NCBI RefSeq assembly: GCF_009914755.1
Contig: NC_060927.1
Reading direction: 5' to 3' (one strand)
Origin: the human T2T-CHM13v2.0 reference genome, Homo sapiens
DNA length: 64,000 bases
The notes beneath the pieces were generated by a model that saw only the letters and a list, made by a program, of their open reading frames with translations, was not told the DNA's origin and searched no databases. Position 1 is the stretch's first letter, and each line of letters starts with the position of its first letter. Below are positions 52,726 to 64,000 of this stretch, one piece after another. The translations under genes and the position numbers were made by a program.

Positions 52726-53189
52726 CTACATAAATGAGAAATAATTATGTAGCTATATAAAACAACTTATTCAATTTATATAAACAATTTTAAAGTTTGT
52801 ACCAATGCAATCTGTACAATGTACTGTTAGGTTACATATACAGAAATGTAACAATAAATAAAAAAACACCACCACTACCCACGCCGGGGTTGATTTGAAC
52901 CTCTAACCAAGTCCTAATATGTTCAAGTTGTCAAAAAGTTACGGACTTTCATTGTTTTCTATACTACCAATGATCAATTTTAAATTATCGTGCTTTTCTG
53001 CCACCCCACTGCAGATGGGAATAGGTTAGTATACTGCCTAGCCCAAGCTCAGGTAAGTGCCAGAGCTAGGATTCCACCCACCTATGTCTAGAAAATTCAA
53101 TTCTTACGTTATTATAGGCAAGGGAAGGGGACTTTGGTAAAAAAAAAAAAAAAGAAAAGAAAAGAAAAAGAAAAAATAAAAATAAAAAA

Positions 53190-53463
53190 GGCAAGGTGCC
53201 GTCCCAGCACTTTGGGAGGCTGAGGCAGGAGGATCACGTGAGGTCAGGAGTTCAAGGCCAGCCTGGCCAACATGGTGAAACCCCATCTCTAGTAAAAATA
53301 CAAAAATTAGCCAGGTGTGGTGGTGCATGCTTATAATCCTAGCTATTCAGGAGGCTGAGTCGGGAGGATTGCTTGAACCCGGGAGGCGGAGGTTGTAGTG
53401 AGCCTGATCATGCCACTATACTCCCACCTGGGCAACAGACTCTGTCTCAAAAAAAAAAAAAAA
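53190..53463 (+). mobile_element. AluS in RPL22L1 intron 1
   Basis: Dimer with 5' deletion, preceded by a long A-rich tract. Confidence 0.88.
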
Positions 53464-54489
53464 CCTAAAAACCAACACCGTGGAACTTAAATTTTCCATA
53501 TCCAAACCTTTTATACCAAGACCATATAATATGGCTACATAAGCAAAATGTTACTGTGGCCAGCAACCATGTACATTCACTGCAATATGAACAAACAAAT
53601 CTGTATTTATCAGACTATAACCTCCAATTTAGATTCACCCAAGTGGCTACCAAGTATTACACATTAGTTTGCTTTCTCAGGTAGCATGGTAACATGTGCC
53701 AAAAGATAATTACCCAGTTGGCGCAGAAGTTAATTTGGGAGACACAAACAACTTCTGTCTAATGGAACAGATAACCCTATAGGGTTTATGGCCATGCTGG
53801 GCATTACCCAGTTTTGTAGCTAGCCCAGCAATTTTATCCTAACTTTATTTGTAAATTGCGCATGTATATCTAGCTTTTCAGATATTCTTAGGAACATTTT
53901 AACATCTTACTGGTTCCCTTACTAATGACTTAAGTAAAACATCTGAAGCACGTTTATTTCACATTGCTGGAATCTAGACTTATACTTTTCTAAAAATTAC
54001 TTCACCGAGAAACTTCTTCCCCAACTGAAAGTTCTCAAAAACTTGTGATGTCGGCCATCGCGGGAGCTGAGCGCCTAGGAGCTCCCTCTGGCCTGGCAAA
54101 GGTCGTCAGACCGGCCCGATTACCCACCATTCCCCTACCCAGTGCTGAGTGGCAAAAGCATTATCAGGCGCGAGATAGTAAAGAAATGGCTCAGATTGCA
54201 GTACCACCGGCCCATTTACAGTTGTGCCTCCCTCTTTCCCGCGTGTCCAAAACCACCCATCCTAAACCAATTCCGGGCCCAGCTCCAACTCCACTAGACC
54301 TCATGGCAGCTGCCAGGGAGTCTCGAAAAACAGTTCAGGATCCTCGCGTCTTGGTTGTGTTTCTGACCCAGACTTCACTACTCCCCTCCCTTTATCTTGA
54401 CTGAGACGTCTCCACTCGACAGATGCAAAAATCGTTACAGCGGAAATCATTAAATTGCCACACAACACTCCCACCAAGACATCGCTCAC

Positions 54490-54830
54490 TCACCGGCGCC
54501 ATCTTGCGAGTCGGCCGCGAGAGCAGAGAGGAAGCTACGGCCGCGCGGTCTGCATTTATATCAAAGCGTGCTGCGTCACGCGCTGAGAGCGTCAGATTGT
54601 CGCCTCCCGGAAAAGAAAGCGGGAGGAGCGCTGAGGCCGGTAACCCAGGAAACCAGTGCGCTGCCGGACGAGAGTAGGCCATCGGCTTTCCGCGGGCACA
54701 CGCGGGTGGCTGTGGTTGAACTGACTCTCGGGTTTCCGCTCCTGGCTGTTCAAGCCGATTAATTGCAGTGGCCTCTACAGTTACCTAGTGGCTGCTCCCG
54801 GATACGGACGCACGCGAGGGATGCAGGAGT
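54490..54830 (-). promoter_or_regulatory. RPL22L1: RPL22L1 CpG-island promoter with TCT/5'TOP start, TATA box and YY1-type motif
   Basis: Minus strand CTTCCTCTCTGCTCTC starting at 54534; TATAAA at 54555-54560 (about -26); CAAGATGGCG over the start codon; TGACGCA half-CRE at 54572-54578; CpG-dense. Confidence 0.88.
54494..54502 (-). CDS. RPL22L1: Ribosomal protein eL22-like 1, exon 1 coding part (MAP)
   Basis: caagATGGCGCCG|gtgagt; exon sum 9+93+122+145=369 nt = 122 aa plus stop, frame conserved. Confidence 0.97.
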
Positions 54831-55044
54831 CATCTTTCACTAATCACCGGAATCCCCTTTCCAATCAGGGCAAGGCAGTGTCTCAGGTTGCTTTGGGATC
54901 TCCTTTTATTGCAGTTATAATCCTCCAGCGAAAAAGTTATTTGTTTGTGTTTTGTCTGTGAGCCTCGTTTTCTAAATGACTGTTGAGGGAAATTGGTGCT
55001 TCGGGGACCAGGTCCTCGGGAAAAAAAAATCATGTATATATATG

Positions 55045-55326
<282 letters not shown>

Positions 55327-56264
55327 GGGAAAAACACGTAGTGCTTGCTTCTTGTTCATTCGTTTGGTATAATTTATCATGGGTTTTACAGTTAATCCCA
55401 GGTCTCTTGATTTCCATCCAAAATGCTCCCAGTTAAAATTCAATGAATGTTTGCTGTGACCTATCAGTATGTACAAGACACACGAGGGTGGAAGTGTCTT
55501 GCTGACAAAAGGAAAAAGTAGCTTTTGAGCTTTGAAGGATTGTAAATTGACATCAGATCCGAAAAGTGGCATGCTGAACCGCTTGGGTTTAGCAGTAATA
55601 TGTTTTCGTGGAGATGAAATTATCATACCTAGGGGTAGGGGTAAGGGATGGGGTGGACTTTGTTGTTAATTTGAAGAATGACCCCAGAAAGTAAGAACTG
55701 TTCGTGGCCTTTATGCCAGCAAGTAGTTATCGTGGAAACTATGCTTTAATAGAGCATATGACTTGTAGAGTCTGAAGAGAGGCCCTGAATTCCTAGAAGA
55801 AATCCATTTCAACAAGATTTTTTAGTTGTCTGCCTTAAGAGCTACAATAATCACATTTCTCTTTCCAAACATTAAAGGGAGCAATTGGCATTTCCTCCTC
55901 AAGGGCTGCCTAAGCTGAGGGGCAGAAATGATTCTATTTTGCTTGTCTTTAGCAGTCTTCCATGTCTTGACAATAAACTCCTTAAGCACTATTAAGCCAT
56001 TTGTACAAGGAGGATATGGAAACATACCTGTTTCACAAGAACTAGTAATCACCAAATAACTAGTTAGAAACTGTAATGGGGGAAAAATGTTTGTCAATTA
56101 GAAAAAAAAACAAGAATATTAGCGAGAAATGTGCAGATGGGAAGACTAAAAGTTGTAAATAATTCAGTTCTTCCCAAACTGTGCGTGTGCACACGTATAT
56201 AGTAACACAATGCTAGTCAATACCCTATAGTTATTTTTTAAAAATTTGACAGCTAATTAAAAAA

Positions 56265-56597
56265 ATTTTAACATTTATTTTAGATTCAGAGGGTACATGT
56301 ACAGTTTTGTTACATGAATATATATAATGATGGTGGGGTTGGGGTGCGATTGATCCCTTCACCCAGGTAGTGAAAATAGTACCCAATAATTAGATTTTCA
56401 ACCCTTCCCCACTTCTAGTATTCCCAGTGTCTATTTTTGCCATCTTCATGCCCATGAGTATCCAATGTTTAGTTCCCACTTACAAGTGAGAAGTACAGTA
56501 TTTGATTTTCTGTTCCTGCATTAATTCGCCTAGGATAATGGCCTCCAGCTGCAGCCATGTTGCTGCAAAGTATGTGATTTTGTTCTTTATGGCTTGT
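56265..56597 (-). mobile_element. Older L1PA 3'-end fragment
   Basis: L1PA 3' UTR; TSD ttgacagctaatt. Confidence 0.82.
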
Positions 56598-56859
56598 GTT
56601 GACAGCTAATTCTAAAACGTATGACACAATAAATGTCTGAAAAGAGCCAAGACACTCTAGACCAATGAAAGGGAGTATGCCTTTCCAGCTCTTCCAATAT
56701 AAGATATAATAGATGATAGATATGTATTTAATATATTATAAACTTCAGTCATTGGATCTACATGATGCTGAAGCCTTAGTAAACAGATCAGTAAGCAAAA
56801 AAACACAGAAAAACCCCTCCATATGTAACTACCTTACCAATGGCTAAAATATAGTTTTA

Positions 56860-57184
<325 letters not shown>

Positions 57185-57442
57185 TAATTTTTTAATGTAT
57201 GGTTGAGCTGGTGGAAAAGTAAAATAATTTTTAGGGGCAGAAATGACAAGCAATGATCATACATGTTTGGAACTTGAATTAGCTCTGCTCAGATAGCATG
57301 AAAAAGCTCCAAACTGAATATGTAGTTTAAAGTGTGCTTGTATTATTAACACCAGACAGAAGCAAGGGCAAATACTCTCTGGAGAAATGCATTTTAGATC
57401 CAGGTACAAATAATTCCCTGAGATAAGCTTCAAGAAATATGA

Positions 57443-57743
<301 letters not shown>

Positions 57744-57759
57744 AGAGCTGACAGTTTTT

Positions 57760-60190
<2,431 letters not shown>

Positions 60191-60518
60191 ATTATTTACA
60201 ATCATTCATAAATATATCCATAATGTAAGTATCTGTGTATTTTGAACTATGAAAAAATGCTGTGACATTTAGGCAAATAGTACTCTAAACAGAATTCTCT
60301 GTTGTGGTCCTTTTATATGTCATACATCTTGTCTTTCTGCAGCTCTGTATCTGTCCTGGGTTTGTGCATCACACAAGGTTTCTTACAGGAGCAGATGGTT
60401 CACCTTATTCTGTAGTGTTGTCTTTTGGAAGACCTCAGCTCTGCTAACAGCACAAAGGATCACACTGTAATGTAGAAAGTAGACAATGTGTGCATCTCTG
60501 AAATATACTTGTTATTAA

Positions 60519-60827
<309 letters not shown>

Positions 60828-61615
60828 AGCTCATCTATTTTCTAGAAGCTGATTTGGAAAAAAAAAAAAAAAGAGAAGTCTCTAAATTACCCTTTACCCA
60901 AACTTCCAGTCATCAAAGTTACCACTGTTTAAGTATTGTAAAAAAATATATATAGATTTTATATGTGTAGCAAACAGCATTCTATTTCTTTCTGTGCCAT
61001 GTGCTACAAAGTGGAGCGTGTTGAGCATCATGAGGCATTGCACTACCATTTCCGGGAAAATATACTTTAATGACATTGAAGTGCAAACAGTCTCATGGAA
61101 GCAAACTGTGCAGCTTTGGCTAAGAATGGGCTGAAGCCCTGTGCAAACAACAATGAGATACTGAGGACAATCTTAAAAGTACTGAAGAATATTGCTTTTA
61201 AAATCCCAAACCTATGTATAGTTCTTTGTTATATACTCATTAATGAAAGCTAAGGGGACCAGGGAAGGGAAATAGGGACTTAAGTTACTGCTGCTTGCCT
61301 TTTCTTTACTAATTAGATTCAAGAGCATTAAAAACTATGATTAAAACGTGTACGCTTGCTTCATTGCATCTTTTGTCTCAATGTGTATTTAGGAAAACCT
61401 AAGTTATTTGTTTTTATTATTTTTAACAAATTGCAGTTTCATCCAAGTAATATTTTCTTGTTGTATAGTGCCACAGGAATTCTGAACATTGATCAGTCTT
61501 TAAAATGAAAACAAGTATCTTTTTTCATTGCTTCATTTTATTTCTTGTTATTTTCAGCATATTGGATGGATATTTAGATTATCCCATTTTTTCACTATTA
61601 TAAACAATGTTTTGA

Positions 61616-61914
<299 letters not shown>

Positions 61915-62677
61915 AGAACTTTCTTAATTAACAAAATTATCTTATGTGAAAAGAAATGTTCATGCAAGAAAATATAGAGAAACCAAAAATATAATGCATA
62001 AAAATATGTAAAACCCCACTTGCTCAGAAATAGCTATTAAATGCTTTGGAGATGTGCATGTCTGTAAACATGTCTGTGTGCATCTGTCTATCTACTTACA
62101 TCTATCTATCTATCTATCTCCTTTAGATGACATAAATTTATAAAGATTGGATGGTACTATATATACTTTTTGAGTTCAAAAAATTTTATTTAGAAGTAAT
62201 TTAAACGTTATAAAAGATTGTAAAAACAGTTCAAAGCACACACACACACACACCCTCCCTTTATCCAGATTTTTACTTATTTTGTCCCACTTATTTGTTC
62301 TCTGTCTCACCAACACATATACCTCTTTTATTGTTTCTGGACTTCCAACCAGTTTTGTTAAAGCCAGGTTACAGAGGAAGTCACTCATGTTTTCTTCTAG
62401 GACTTGTATAGTTTTATTGCTTTCATTTAGATCTCTGCTTCATTTGTAGTTTATTCATATGTATGTTGTATGGAATTCATCTTATTTTTCTAGTTGTCCT
62501 AAAACAATTAATGTATGTCAATCTTTTTTTTTTTTGTTATAAAACTTATGGTTTTATTTTGCAGCAACCAAATATTCCTTATATAAGCAACAGATAAACA
62601 GAGTACTTTAAAATATTTGTTTACAATAAAATTGGGCTTCCCTTCATATGTTAAATACAACTTATGTGCCAGAAAAG

Positions 62678-62885
62678 TGTGAAAGGAAAATAGAATCTTG
62701 GGACCCCAAACTCACTATGCCAAAGGAGAAGTTAAGCTTGGGAACTGAGTCATGCAAAAACTGCCTTCCTTCTGTCCCCAGACAGATAGCTGTAATTTCA
62801 CATATTTACTTTCTCTTATGTAAAATATAGATTTATTGAGCATGAGAGGAATGCATAATTGACTTATTGTTCTACTCCCTTTCTT
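62678..62885 (+). mobile_element. MER4-group LTR 5' part, interrupted by L1
   Basis: TGTGAAAGGAAAAT..atcttgggaccccaaactcact start typical of MER4 LTRs. Confidence 0.75.
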
Positions 62886-62889
62886 TCTT

Positions 62890-64000
<1,111 letters not shown>

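Noticed and set aside
50862-54493. Intronic snoRNA in RPL22L1 (common in ribosomal-protein genes), including the palindrome aaccctatagggtt at 53773-53786
   Set aside because: No convincing C/D or H/ACA arrangement found by eye; a covariance-model search would be needed.
54045-54762. Several ORFs over the CpG island
   Set aside because: Expected from stop-poor GC-rich sequence; only MAP (54494-54502) is supported by splice signals.

Overview
Primate (almost certainly human) genomic DNA, mostly intergenic and repeat-rich. The only supportable protein-coding gene is RPL22L1 (minus strand, 4 coding exons: 54502-54494, 52725-52633, 52469-52348, 50861-50717; 122 aa), with a CpG-island/TATA/TCT(5'TOP) promoter. 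The rest is Alus, old L1/L2/MIR/MER elements, a young L1PA2-like 3' end at the right edge, a MER41A solo LTR, a deleted-type HERV-H provirus (1953-8096, minus) and a 5'-truncated HERV-K13/LTR13 element (43009-45417, plus). Most striking: (1) both ERVs have one intact integrase-type end, one broken end and an oversized target-site duplication (about 310 bp for HERV-H, 15 bp for HERV-K13), resembling fossil one-ended integrations finished by host repair; (2) RPL22L1 intron 2 carries four alternating CUAGGG/CCCUAG blocks forming eL22-type hairpins that overlap an alternative 3' splice site adding 67 nt and a premature stop; (3) the two HERV-H LTRs differ sharply at the poly(A) signal. Repeat family names come from recalled consensus sequences, and coordinates and mismatch counts were done by eye.
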